A stretch of DNA of 64,000 nucleotides. It comes from a virus. Numbering within the stretch: the stretch's first letter is position 1; every line of letters begins with the position of its first letter. Positions 28,223 through 37,098 of the stretch are shown here, in pieces. The position numbers and the translations under genes are program-made. Under the pieces are notes generated by a model. That model was not told the DNA's origin. It saw only the letters and a list, made by a program, of their open reading frames with translations, and did no database searches. Location: positions 68,045 to 132,044 of IMG/VR virus record IMGVR_UViG_3300009184_000033; one strand, written 5' to 3'.

Positions 28223-28824
28223 CTTGAGTCCACCGCGGGAGGTCCTTCCTGCCCATCTTCCTCTTCCTCTGGCTCTTCAGCGTCTTCGTCTTCTTCCTCG
28301 TAGTCTTCTTCCGAATCCTCGGCGTCATCATAGTCACTGATTTCGTACTCACCGGTGTCTGGGTCTTCCGTGTCTTCCTCGGAGTCCTCATAGTCCATGG
28401 AATCATCGGAGTCATCGTCCATGTCTTCCATGCCCTCACCACTCATGAGCGAAGATAGCATGCTTGACATGTCGCCAGAGTCCATCTCGTCAGATTCCAT
28501 GTCATCATCGCCATACTCGGAAGAGTAGTCTGCATCACCACCGCTTCGATCGATCTCGCCATGGAGGTAGTCTGACAGGCTCGTCATGTATGAGTCGGCG
28601 ACAGCCATCTTGCTGAGAACCCAAGCTGGCAAGTCATCGCCATCCTCAAGCGCGTCGTGGAGCTTTGTTGCCCTCGCTGCGATGTTCTTCAGCTGTGTAC
28701 GGGCCATGTCAGCATCACCTGAGTATCCAGGCGAGTGGTCGAAGTCCCGGCCCTGTTGGCCCTCAGCATGCTCACGAAGAGCTTTCCTGACAAAACTGCG
28801 GAGTGTGCTTATTCTAACTCTCAT
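28219..28824 (-). CDS. Leader-family protein with very acidic tail
   Basis: MRVRISTLRSFVRKALRE; MARTQLKNI..LPAWVLSKMAVADSY; D/E-rich C-terminus. Confidence 0.75.
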   Translation of the reverse strand: MRVRISTLRSFVRKALREHAEGQQGRDFDHSPGYSGDADMARTQLKNIAARATKLHDALEDGDDLPAWVLSKMAVADSYMTSLSDYLHGEIDRSGGDADYSSEYGDDDMESDEMDSGDMSSMLSSLMSGEGMEDMDDDSDDSMDYEDSEEDTEDPDTGEYEISDYDDAEDSEEDYEEEDEDAEEPEEEEDGQEGPPAVDSR

Positions 28825-28838
28825 AGTATCCTCGCCAT

Positions 28839-28845
28839 TAAGTAT
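28839..28845 (-). promoter_or_regulatory. ATANTTA motif
   Basis: 14 nt upstream of 28824. Confidence 0.55.
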
Positions 28846-28853
28846 TAGGCGGG

Positions 28854-29123
28854 CTACGAAAGTTCAACCTTGATTAGGTTGGCCTCGTCGCACCATGTCG
28901 TTAGCTCGAACTCAGTTGACATAATCAGGGCACGACCACGCTTTGGTTCTGTTGAGATGTAGGAGACGATTTTATCAGAGTTAGGGTCCCTGTAGGAGTG
29001 GATGCTGGTTCCACCCAGCACATCTGGCTCATACTCAAGCACTGTGACTAAGACCAGACGCTGCTCAGTAGTCCAGCCTCCCGTTCTATACAGGAATTGG
29101 ACCAGATCACCCTTGCTCAGCAT
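28854..29123 (-). CDS. Small KOW/SH3-like protein
   Basis: MLSKGDLVQF; start reassigned. Confidence 0.6.
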   Translation of the reverse strand: MLSKGDLVQFLYRTGGWTTEQRLVLVTVLEYEPDVLGGTSIHSYRDPNSDKIVSYISTEPKRGRALIMSTEFELTTWCDEANLIKVELS

Positions 29124-29124
29124 C

Positions 29125-29565
29125 TTAGTTCTTCCAGCAGATTTCGGCGCAGTAGAGCTTATCGCTCTTGGAGCGGAGCATCGGGGCGCCGCACCGGTTG
29201 CAGGCCTGACCCTCACGGCAGCGCTTCCAGGTCTCCCGAGCGCGCTCGATCATGCGGTCCTTGATCGCCTCGATCTCGCCGGTGCGATTGACCCGGGTGT
29301 TCGAGATCAGTCCGCGCTTGCCCTTGGAGTTCTCGTAGAGGCCTACCACGCGGATCGCATCGGCGCCAGAATCGCGGACCTGGTCACCCTGGATCGAGGT
29401 GTAGACCTGGATGAAGAAGGGCGTGTCTTCAACTGGGCGGGACCAGATCTCCTCCTCGGCCTCGTGGGACTTGGGGAGCTTCTGGAAGCCAGCCGTGTGC
29501 AGCGCGACCTGAAGGGTCGTCGCGAGGAACTTCCGCTGCCAGTCGTGGTGGGGATCGTAGCTCAT
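29125..29565 (-). CDS. Hypothetical with C-terminal Zn-ribbon
   Basis: Start reassigned to MSYDPHH (GAGAGG RBS); CNRCG..YCAEIC. Confidence 0.65.
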   Translation of the reverse strand: MSYDPHHDWQRKFLATTLQVALHTAGFQKLPKSHEAEEEIWSRPVEDTPFFIQVYTSIQGDQVRDSGADAIRVVGLYENSKGKRGLISNTRVNRTGEIEAIKDRMIERARETWKRCREGQACNRCGAPMLRSKSDKLYCAEICWKN

Positions 29566-29590
29566 CGCTTTTCCTCTCCGTAGATCGAAT

Positions 29591-29619
29591 ATAATACATC
29601 GCACCCTCAGTGGGAACAA
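29591..29619 (-). promoter_or_regulatory. Sigma70-like promoter
   Basis: TTGTTC-N17-TATTAT; also reads TTCCCA-N14-TATTAT. Confidence 0.45.
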
Positions 29620-29656
29620 CTTTACCGCCCTCTGAAGCACTTTTATGTTTTGACTG

Positions 29657-29663
29657 ATACTTA
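29657..29663 (+). promoter_or_regulatory. ATANTTA motif
   Basis: 24 nt upstream of + strand ATG 29688; orientation flips with the gene. Confidence 0.6.
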
Positions 29664-29687
29664 CAAAGGTCGCGGAGTACTTGGAAT

Positions 29688-32213
29688 ATGAGAATGTCAC
29701 CGGCAGCGAGAGAGCAGAGGATTGACCAGCTGGCGCAGCTTATCAGAGAGGGCGCAGATTACCGCTGGGAGAACGAGACTGAGCGCCACATCTGGACCCA
29801 GGTCGCAGCAGAGTTTCTCAGCGAGCACCTAGATGGCAGGAAGTCTCTGGTCTCTGAAGCGTGCTTCAGAGCGCACGTGAACAAGAATGACGTGCTCCTT
29901 GCTGAGTCTGCTGCCCGTCTAAACGAAGGTTTCTTCGGTGGACTCAAAGACATGCTCGGAGGCGGGCTCGCCAAGACTTTCGGTAAGGCATTCGGCGGTG
30001 TGAAGTCGAGAAACTGGTGGATCTTCGGGGGTGGAGGCGAGAAGGAGACGGCAAAGTATCGTCAGGCCTACATTGATGCTACCGAAGAGAACCAGGAAGT
30101 GTTTGCAAAGCTGGGTCAGACTACTCTGAAGACATTGGTCGACCAGATCAAGGGTATGATCGAGGAATGGCCCAACGGCGGTAGCGTCAAGGAATTCACA
30201 GATGCGATGGCCAAGTTCGACCAGTTCTATCAGTCGGTCAGGACCGCCGCCGGTGCCGGCACGACGGATGGAACTCCGCCACCCCAGGGCGTTGCACCAA
30301 AGCTCAGCGTCGAAGACGCTAACGCAATCATCAAGAAGCTTCGCCAGGCGATGCAGTTCTTCGACAGGGAACTCAAGGACAGGTACACTTACAATCTCGA
30401 GAGCCGCACTCGTAGGGTTCCAACGCTGGTTGAGGCCCTGCTTCTTGAGGCGGGTGAGGATGATGACATAGGTGCGGAGGGCAGAAAGACCTCAGGCATG
30501 AAGGGTCTTGAGAGCAACCTTGCACCAGGAATATTAGCCGCCCTTGGACTTGGAGGAATTGCAGCTGGACTTCTTGCGCAGTCTGACTGGTTCATCAAGC
30601 TCACCTCGGTAATGAAAGAATCGCCGCCAACGGAAATTGTCCAGAACACCACAAAGTTTGTGGAAGAAACTCTAGGAACAGTGAAAGACGGCCAGGGCTG
30701 GATGTGGAGCATGAACAATCTCACACCCGGAGGACCAAACATCACGGGCGCATCTCCGATGTCAGACGTCGTCAAGAAGATTGCCATGGCTGGCGGTGGA
30801 GATTTTTCCAAGGGCGTCCAGGCATACACCAGCGGTGATCCTCCGTTCCTGATGGGTGGGCAAAAGACTGCTGAGATGCTCATGAAGCTCAAGGACAATC
30901 CAAACGCTTATGGAAAAACGATGATGGACCTTCTTGGGCACACCGGAACAGGCACAGGCAAGAAGATTGGGGATCTTGTCTGGGTCAAGTCAGGCGCCCA
31001 ACTAAAGGGACTGGTGATGAAGCCTGTTCAAGAGGTCATTAAGTCTGCGGGATCTAAGGTGCTGACTCAAACAGCGCTTGGTGCCAAGATCACGGCGCTC
31101 GGTCCGTGGGGAGTAGGAATTGGCGCTGGACTAATCGCCGCCGCCGCCTCGATCAAGGCTCTCAGAGACTACGGCGCAAAGAACAGCAGAACTACTTACT
31201 TCCAGGCAGCCGTCGACCTGTTCAAGGACATTAAGCCCGACGAGGTGAAGGGAGCTACCACGATTCCTGACAATCCTCCAGAAGTCGACCCGCCTCAGGC
31301 AGGGAAAGTCCTGGTAACTCTCGACAATACAAACACAATGGTATCAGTACCAAAAGATGTCGTTGCGTCTCAAGGATTTGAGATTCCCAAAGCCTACACC
31401 CTAGAAGAGATACCGCTTAACGATAAGGAGGAGACAAAGAAAGAGGTTATTGCATACCTCGAGTCTCCTCCGGGTAAGGCGGGAGTCCAGATGGCAGATG
31501 GCAAGTCCGCAAAGGATCTGGAGGGTCTAGAGTTTGAAGTTACAGACAAGCGCAAGAAGTCCAGAGGAAGCTCGACAGAGCCTGGCAAGGGGGCAGTATC
31601 AGTGGTTTCGATCAAAGATTGGAAGATGCCGTCTCTCGCATCAGTGCTATTCGAATCCACCGATGAGTCTGCAGATGTAAGAGTCGCTGGCGCAGACGCC
31701 AAGAAGAGCAAGACCTACAAGGAGCTCAAGAAGAAGTTCAAGAATGATCCGAAGAACTTGCCGCTCCCATCGGGCGTCTCCACAAGAGAAGATGACGTAA
31801 TAAAAGACACCATGAAGCTCACTGACGACGACTTCGATCTCAGGGCTACATCGAAGGACGGCGATGTCCAGCAGGGACTCAATGCCCTTCGCAAGAAGGC
31901 AAAGAGTGGTAACGTCATCCTCACCTTCAGCAACAAGGCGCACGAAAAGCTGGCAACACAGTTCCAGATGTCAGAAGATGACATAAAGAAGTTGTTGGCA
32001 ATATACTCCAAGAAGCCCGAGTCTGCGCCAAAAATAGAAGCCTACAAGTCCATCTTGAGCAAGATTAAGGATGACGCGAAGAAGAAGGAGCTGAGGCAGT
32101 TCATAGTCGACATGGGTATGGCGGTATCTAAGCCGAAAAAGAATGAAGCGCTCGATGCGGGTTCTGAGAACCTCATCATCGAGCGCTGGTCGAAGCTGGC
32201 AGGACTGCTCTAG
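29688..32213 (+). CDS. Large putative internal virion/ejection protein (841 aa)
   Basis: LAQLIREG, LLLEAG, VLFES, C-terminal IIERWSKLAGLL; two Gly/Ala-rich hydrophobic helices. Confidence 0.6.
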   Translation: MRMSPAAREQRIDQLAQLIREGADYRWENETERHIWTQVAAEFLSEHLDGRKSLVSEACFRAHVNKNDVLLAESAARLNEGFFGGLKDMLGGGLAKTFGKAFGGVKSRNWWIFGGGGEKETAKYRQAYIDATEENQEVFAKLGQTTLKTLVDQIKGMIEEWPNGGSVKEFTDAMAKFDQFYQSVRTAAGAGTTDGTPPPQGVAPKLSVEDANAIIKKLRQAMQFFDRELKDRYTYNLESRTRRVPTLVEALLLEAGEDDDIGAEGRKTSGMKGLESNLAPGILAALGLGGIAAGLLAQSDWFIKLTSVMKESPPTEIVQNTTKFVEETLGTVKDGQGWMWSMNNLTPGGPNITGASPMSDVVKKIAMAGGGDFSKGVQAYTSGDPPFLMGGQKTAEMLMKLKDNPNAYGKTMMDLLGHTGTGTGKKIGDLVWVKSGAQLKGLVMKPVQEVIKSAGSKVLTQTALGAKITALGPWGVGIGAGLIAAAASIKALRDYGAKNSRTTYFQAAVDLFKDIKPDEVKGATTIPDNPPEVDPPQAGKVLVTLDNTNTMVSVPKDVVASQGFEIPKAYTLEEIPLNDKEETKKEVIAYLESPPGKAGVQMADGKSAKDLEGLEFEVTDKRKKSRGSSTEPGKGAVSVVSIKDWKMPSLASVLFESTDESADVRVAGADAKKSKTYKELKKKFKNDPKNLPLPSGVSTREDDVIKDTMKLTDDDFDLRATSKDGDVQQGLNALRKKAKSGNVILTFSNKAHEKLATQFQMSEDDIKKLLAIYSKKPESAPKIEAYKSILSKIKDDAKKKELRQFIVDMGMAVSKPKKNEALDAGSENLIIERWSKLAGLL

Positions 32214-32215
32214 TC

Positions 32216-33364
32216 CTAGCGGCAGGCACCAGAGAGGCTCGTAGTGGAGCCGCCCGGAACGTCAACTTCGACAAATGGCTCATAGCAGCCTTCGGAGTTG
32301 ACGTTACGCGTATCAGTCCACACCATGACACCACCGAGGTAGACGTTCACAGTGACATCATTGCGTCCCGAGTAGACGGAACCAGGGTAGTCATGGACAT
32401 AGACAGTGTACGTCCCACGTGCGGGAGAGTCGATATTGATATTCTCCGGACCAGTTCCCGGGATGTCATCGAGGTCGAGGATGGGATCATCCGTTGGACC
32501 ACCAGCCCCCCAGTTGAGTCCGCCCCAAGTGCAATTCGCATAGTAACAGTCAGAATCAGTTGTCAGGACGCCGCCATCATCGAGGAGGTGGAGGTCCATG
32601 TCATCGCCGGAGTATGTCCAGAACATCTCCACCCAGAGCCCGTCACCGGCTGTCGCCTCCAGGGTCGCGAGGCAGGGCTCAGAGACGAGACCGTCGTTAT
32701 CAGTGACCACCAGCTGGCCGACGTACTCGCCTGCTACGTCCGGAGTGAAACCCCGACGATTTGCGGTGCCACCAGGCATTGTGGAGGTGGCACCAGCCGG
32801 CTCAGAGATGAGAGTCCAGTCGTATGAGACGATCGATCCGTCATCGTACGAGGCGCTGCCAATCCAGTCCGCTGACTCATGGATGGCGAGGACGGACGTG
32901 GGATCGACCGAGCATACCGCAACTGGCTGGGAGAGTGGAGGCGCGGTGTCCCCAGTGTCTCCGGTGTCGACTATGACCTCCGCACCGGCTAGCAGAGGCA
33001 CAGTAAGGTTAGGACTAGCAGGATCGTTAGAAAGAATCTGAAGGTCACCGGTTGTCTCGCTCCCATCGGAGGTGTATGTGATCGTGAGCTCAGCGAAGGA
33101 ATCAGGTTCGAAAGAACCGACAATGGGCTCGAGGAGAGTGAATGTCTCACGTCCGTTGCCGATCTGCATTGCGGTCACGTTGAGGTTTGCGTCTCCGAGC
33201 GATGACATGGTGATGATCTGCGCCGAGCTCTCACCGGCTGGGACGATCCCAAAGTCGACAGGGCTGGGGTCGACCTGAATACGCGGTGCGCCATCAGTGG
33301 GTGGATCCTTGATGGAAGTGATCGTATTGTCCATGCATGCGACCGTGAGTAAGAATAACACCAT
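32216..33364 (-). CDS. Lipoprotein: Ig-like (ASH/choice-of-anchor) + PKD-like + YfaP-like domains
   Basis: Lipobox LTVAC at residue 10; VDFGIV; DTGDT linker; DMDLHL..DLDDIPGTGPENINI..GTYTVYVHDY. Confidence 0.7.
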   Translation of the reverse strand: MVLFLLTVACMDNTITSIKDPPTDGAPRIQVDPSPVDFGIVPAGESSAQIITMSSLGDANLNVTAMQIGNGRETFTLLEPIVGSFEPDSFAELTITYTSDGSETTGDLQILSNDPASPNLTVPLLAGAEVIVDTGDTGDTAPPLSQPVAVCSVDPTSVLAIHESADWIGSASYDDGSIVSYDWTLISEPAGATSTMPGGTANRRGFTPDVAGEYVGQLVVTDNDGLVSEPCLATLEATAGDGLWVEMFWTYSGDDMDLHLLDDGGVLTTDSDCYYANCTWGGLNWGAGGPTDDPILDLDDIPGTGPENINIDSPARGTYTVYVHDYPGSVYSGRNDVTVNVYLGGVMVWTDTRNVNSEGCYEPFVEVDVPGGSTTSLSGACR

Positions 33365-33425
33365 TGGGCCTCCGTTAACCTCAACAGTATGTATACTCAG
33401 ATGCTCTCAGATGTACAGAGCTACA

Positions 33426-33677
33426 TCAAGATGTGGAAACACTCATCGCTGACTGGACCTTCCCAGAATCAATCTGAGTGTCTTCCGACACCAGCTCTAG
33501 CCAGTCGGTCGGATAGGTCTCGACCCGACCGTCATTGAGCACCTCTGACCTGTTCTCCCAGTACACGCCACTGCCCTCTCCTGTGGAGACCTCGACAAGC
33601 TCGGTGCTTATGACTATCATGAAGCCACGCGGTAACAGCATGGACCAGTGGAACTTTACGAGACTACCTGGTGCCAT
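33426..33677 (-). CDS. Small KOW/SH3-like protein
   Basis: MAPGSLVKF. Confidence 0.55.
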   Translation of the reverse strand: MAPGSLVKFHWSMLLPRGFMIVISTELVEVSTGEGSGVYWENRSEVLNDGRVETYPTDWLELVSEDTQIDSGKVQSAMSVSTS

Positions 33678-33743
33678 CTCTCTTCGACCATATCCGTTCG
33701 AGAGCCCTCAGGAGCTCAAATGAGAAGTTTCCAAACATGACAG

Positions 33744-33750
33744 TAAGTAT
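33744..33750 (-). promoter_or_regulatory. ATANTTA motif 5 nt before an ATG
   Basis: ATACTTA-ctgtc-ATG (24-codon ORF 33664..33738). Confidence 0.4.
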
Positions 33751-33752
33751 GT

Positions 33753-33950
33753 TCAGTCTCCGTTTCCGAGACCACTCCACAGCGGGACTGCCAGCGTCAT
33801 CTTCTTGTGCTCGTGCGCGTGGTGCTCGATCTCCTCGATGAGCCGGATGATGTCTCCCGCATTCACGTCCAGCGAGTGGTCGATCCTGTGCCGGCACCGC
33901 TCGATCACCTTCTCAATTGGCTCCAATGTCTTCTCGCCTCCACCTGCCAT
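33753..33950 (-). CDS. Hypothetical protein
   Basis: GGAGAGG RBS. Confidence 0.55.
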   Translation of the reverse strand: MAGGGEKTLEPIEKVIERCRHRIDHSLDVNAGDIIRLIEEIEHHAHEHKKMTLAVPLWSGLGNGD

Positions 33951-34140
33951 TTCCCTCTCCGCAGAGACACTGCTCGTGAAAATCGATCACGGGTGTGAGC
34001 GCGGGCTGGTCGCTGCACCTCGCCTCGCATGCCTTCTGGAAGCTCAGTGAGTCGGAGCAGACCCAGATCAGCAGGAGAAATCCAACTGCAAGAGAAATCA
34101 TGGTCACAAACTTTTCGATCTGCTGGTCAGAAAAATTCAT
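33913..34140 (-). CDS. Small membrane protein with four Cys
   Basis: TM helix then CEARC..CLC. Confidence 0.6.
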   Translation of the reverse strand: MNFSDQQIEKFVTMISLAVGFLLLIWVCSDSLSFQKACEARCSDQPALTPVIDFHEQCLCGEGNGRWRREDIGAN

Positions 34141-34155
34141 CTACCCCTCCAGGTT

Positions 34156-34920
34156 CTACCAGTCTCCCTCGTGATTTCCATCGACAACTTTTCCACGGAC
34201 TCGCCGTCCCTTCTTGTTATAGAGGGTCACCTTCTCCTGCAGCATCTGGACCTCCCATCGATCGCTACTGACCTGCTTCAGGCTAAAGGGCCCGTAGCCA
34301 TCGATCCCGAGGAACTCATCGTGCCCATAGTGGATGTTGGCGAGCTCCTTCTTGCCAACTACATTTGCGCACCGTGTCACTTCTTCCTGCAAGCCTGCGT
34401 TGGCCCTGTGAAGCTCACTGTTCTCTTTTAGAAGTTCCCGGATACGATCGCCAGTCGCCTCTTTGAGATCGTCACATTCTTCCTTCAGAGTCCGAATGTC
34501 CTCACAGAGGGTATTGAGCTCATCGCGAGCGTCATCCCTCTCAGAGAGGGTTTGCTTCAGTGCTTCCTGGAGATAGTCCCTCTCAGCAACCACCTTCTCC
34601 GCGTAGACAGACCAGCTTCCCTGCCCAACGAATCCGGGACCACGCTCGGACTCAGGTGGGACAAGCTTCTCAAGGCGCTCGGCCTTCAGAAGGATCTCCT
34701 TCATTCGCTGGGCCTGCTCGGCGTTCTCCTTTCGCAGCTGGTCATTCTCTTTGTCGATGTCCAGTCCAGCCTGATGTGCCTCGTAGCACTCCTTCCGAAG
34801 ACTATCGATCTCATCGAGGAGGACCCTTGCCTGCTCACTGTTGAGCAGTGTACCACCGGCATTGATGTGCTCACGGATTGAATCCTCGGTCAACCAATCT
34901 TGTTCAGCACGCTGGTTCAT
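34156..34920 (-). CDS. Coiled-coil hypothetical protein
   Basis: Heptad E/K/R-rich; ATGA overlap. Confidence 0.7.
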   Translation of the reverse strand: MNQRAEQDWLTEDSIREHINAGGTLLNSEQARVLLDEIDSLRKECYEAHQAGLDIDKENDQLRKENAEQAQRMKEILLKAERLEKLVPPESERGPGFVGQGSWSVYAEKVVAERDYLQEALKQTLSERDDARDELNTLCEDIRTLKEECDDLKEATGDRIRELLKENSELHRANAGLQEEVTRCANVVGKKELANIHYGHDEFLGIDGYGPFSLKQVSSDRWEVQMLQEKVTLYNKKGRRVRGKVVDGNHEGDW

Positions 34921-35156
34921 GGGTTCTCCTTCTTCATGATGTTCTGGATCTTGCTGTCACGTTCCTGGACCAACTGTGACCAGCGTGCGGCATGCTCATC
35001 CGACCGTCGCTTGATCTCATCTGGATCTGTCGACTTGAACTCGTACTCCTTGCTCATCTCCAGGAGTCTCAGGGAGTAATCGATCTCAAGCTCAAGCACA
35101 TCGGACTTACCGGCCGAAGAGAGCGAGGCGAACTGTTCAGGTGTAAGGGCACTCAT
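34917..35156 (-). CDS. Hypothetical protein
   Basis: ATGA-coupled. Confidence 0.65.
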   Translation of the reverse strand: MSALTPEQFASLSSAGKSDVLELEIDYSLRLLEMSKEYEFKSTDPDEIKRRSDEHAARWSQLVQERDSKIQNIMKKENP

Positions 35157-35560
35157 TCTGTCTCCTTGTTGTCAATGTCTCTACACTCTGCGATGATGGC
35201 TTCTCGATTCTTCTCATTGTAGTCGAGAAGTTCCTGGACAATCGCGAGGAGATCGCCGTTTTCACCCTTTTCGAGGGTCTCATTAGCTTTATCAGCAAGG
35301 TTCTTGAAGTCTCTAATGTGCTTGTAATCAGTCATGGGTGCTCCTTCCTGCAAACCATACGGGCTGCGATTCTCGTTTACAAACCGGCGATACTTCTCAA
35401 GAGCGGGATGCGACCCGTCTCTATCGCTTGGATGTCGTGTCGCATCAATCATCTTAACGTGCCGTTCGAGGACATCCCACAGCTCGATGATCGCTTTGTC
35501 GCGATCCTGGATGTCCTCATCTCGAATGTCAGCCAGGTCGATCTCACCCCAGTTTCTCAT
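35153..35560 (-). CDS. Hypothetical protein
   Basis: ATGA-coupled. Confidence 0.65.
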   Translation of the reverse strand: MRNWGEIDLADIRDEDIQDRDKAIIELWDVLERHVKMIDATRHPSDRDGSHPALEKYRRFVNENRSPYGLQEGAPMTDYKHIRDFKNLADKANETLEKGENGDLLAIVQELLDYNEKNREAIIAECRDIDNKETE

Positions 35561-35727
35561 GCGTTCTCCTTCTCCCTGCGAAGCTCCTGAAGACTCTCCT
35601 TCAGGACGGCTGCAAACTTCTCCATCTCCTCTGGGGTCAGGCTATCGAGCTTCTCGATAATCGTGGGATCCGTGATGGGAAAGCTGGCCCCTTCGGGGAC
35701 CTCATTGTCTACGTGCTCGTTGCTCAT
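35557..35727 (-). CDS. Small hypothetical (56 aa)
   Basis: Hand-translated MSNEHVDNE..; ATGA overlaps at both ends. Confidence 0.65.
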   Translation of the reverse strand: MSNEHVDNEVPEGASFPITDPTIIEKLDSLTPEEMEKFAAVLKESLQELRREKENA

Positions 35728-35978
35728 TGATTCTCCTTGACCTTTCGCGGTGGAAGGCCGACCATCTCACGGACCTCATCCTCGTAGGGCTTCCCTTTCA
35801 GGAGACTGAAGTCGATAAGATGGCGAATCCGGTGATCAACGACAGGAATGTCTCCCTCAGGATCATCGTACTCACTGATGAAAGCAAAGATGTTGTTAGG
35901 TACTGTTCCCTTCTCAAAGATGTGCGGGTTCTTCACGTTGGCAAGATGAAGCTGAAAGATTTTGCCGCTTTCTGTCAT
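35724..35978 (-). CDS. Hypothetical protein
   Basis: ATGA-coupled. Confidence 0.65.
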   Translation of the reverse strand: MTESGKIFQLHLANVKNPHIFEKGTVPNNIFAFISEYDDPEGDIPVVDHRIRHLIDFSLLKGKPYEDEVREMVGLPPRKVKENQ

Positions 35979-36139
35979 GATTCCTTCTCCTCATTTCCGT
36001 TTTTAGCCGTATCTCTTTCCTTGTACGCTCTCTCGAGAATCGACCAGAAGTAATCTGTCATCCTCGTCGCATTATACCCCTCATCCATTCTTGCTTCGAT
36101 TTCCTCAAAGAGTTCATCTCTCGTAAAATCCCAGCTCAT
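35975..36139 (-). CDS. Small hypothetical (54 aa)
   Basis: Hand-translated MSWDFTRDE..; ATGA overlaps at both ends. Confidence 0.65.
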   Translation of the reverse strand: MSWDFTRDELFEEIEARMDEGYNATRMTDYFWSILERAYKERDTAKNGNEEKES

Positions 36140-36354
36140 TCTGTCTCCTTGTCTCTATCATAACCATCGGTGTCGTCGTTTACAAGGTCGACTTCGCGAG
36201 GTTTGAACCAAGCGATACCGACCGGCGTGTGGACTCTCAATGGGTTCGGGTTGGTCCCGACTTCAATGATGAGACCGATCTGTTCCCAGTATTTCTCGGC
36301 ATAATCCTTGTCGTATTCCGGTCTGCGGATCCTGACGAGATCACCGGGTTTCAC
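36136..36354 (-). CDS. Small KOW/SH3-like protein
   Basis: MKPGDLVRIRR (GTG start). Confidence 0.7.
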   Translation of the reverse strand: MKPGDLVRIRRPEYDKDYAEKYWEQIGLIIEVGTNPNPLRVHTPVGIAWFKPREVDLVNDDTDGYDRDKETE

Positions 36355-36550
36355 TGATCACCTCCAGATTCTCCTCCGCCCAGGGCTGCATCTCACCGTC
36401 GATCAGGACCCACCAGTCGCACCAACTGTTGATGGGATGGCCGTCCTCGAGTGTGACGGGTTCGACGATCACTCCGGTGTGACCGAGGATATCGTCAGGG
36501 AGTTTCTCTTCGGATGAGTGGACAATCCTAACGAGGTCACCGGGTTTCAT
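36341..36550 (-). CDS. Small KOW/SH3-like protein
   Basis: MKPGDLVRIVH; start reassigned. Confidence 0.7.
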   Translation of the reverse strand: MKPGDLVRIVHSSEEKLPDDILGHTGVIVEPVTLEDGHPINSWCDWWVLIDGEMQPWAEENLEVISETR

Positions 36551-36701
36551 CAAACTCCGACTCATCATCGAATCCTGCAAGACTGGCAATCTCACGCCAG
36601 GCGGCGGTGATCTCTGGTGGGTCCCGGTAGTCGGTTGCTGGATTGTAGTGCCACTCGTAGAGGAGCCTGAGGGTGTCGATGCTGATTGTGACCTCGTTCA
36701 T
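36537..36701 (-). CDS. Small hypothetical (54 aa)
   Basis: Hand-translated MNEVTISIDT..; coupled. Confidence 0.55.
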   Translation of the reverse strand: MNEVTISIDTLRLLYEWHYNPATDYRDPPEITAAWREIASLAGFDDESEFDETR

Positions 36702-36862
36702 TCTTCCTCTTCAGGGCGGCGATCGGGATTGTTTCGGTACCACTCCTCCCGCATCCGCATGTTTTCCTCATGCGTGTACGCCGTGTACCATGGTGGGCCG
36801 ATGTCTGGACACTTGCACTGGCTGTGTAAGAATCTGCAGTCATCGCAGTGGTGGATGCTCAT
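36698..36862 (-). CDS. Small Cys-rich hypothetical (54 aa)
   Basis: Hand-translated MSIHHCDDCRFLHSQCKC..; GGAG RBS. Confidence 0.55.
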   Translation of the reverse strand: MSIHHCDDCRFLHSQCKCPDIGPPWYTAYTHEENMRMREEWYRNNPDRRPEEEE

Positions 36863-36876
36863 GATTCACTCCATTC

Positions 36877-37098
36877 TCAAGGTAGTTGGATGTCCCATTC
36901 TCGCTGAAGATCTTTCAACACGCTTACTCTCCACTCACATACCCGGCAGGGATTGTCATGCCTACACTCGTAGGTGAGCTCACCTGGGTGGGAGACGAGG
37001 CACGGAGCATTTCGAACGTGGTTGAGGAGGTCTTCGATGATCTCCTTCAGTCTTTCGTTCTCGAATGGTAGGTACTGGAGTTTCAGGCCTTCGTGCAT
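36877..37098 (-). CDS. Small hypothetical, Cys motifs
   Basis: CRHDNPCRVC; start uncertain. Confidence 0.5.
   Translation of the reverse strand: MHEGLKLQYLPFENERLKEIIEDLLNHVRNAPCLVSHPGELTYECRHDNPCRVCEWRVSVLKDLQREWDIQLP

Noticed and set aside
35152-36152. 18-bp direct repeat ctcattctgtctccttgt (35152, 36135)
   Set aside because: Explained by a shared RBS plus ATGA coupling sequence; no mobile-element hallmarks.
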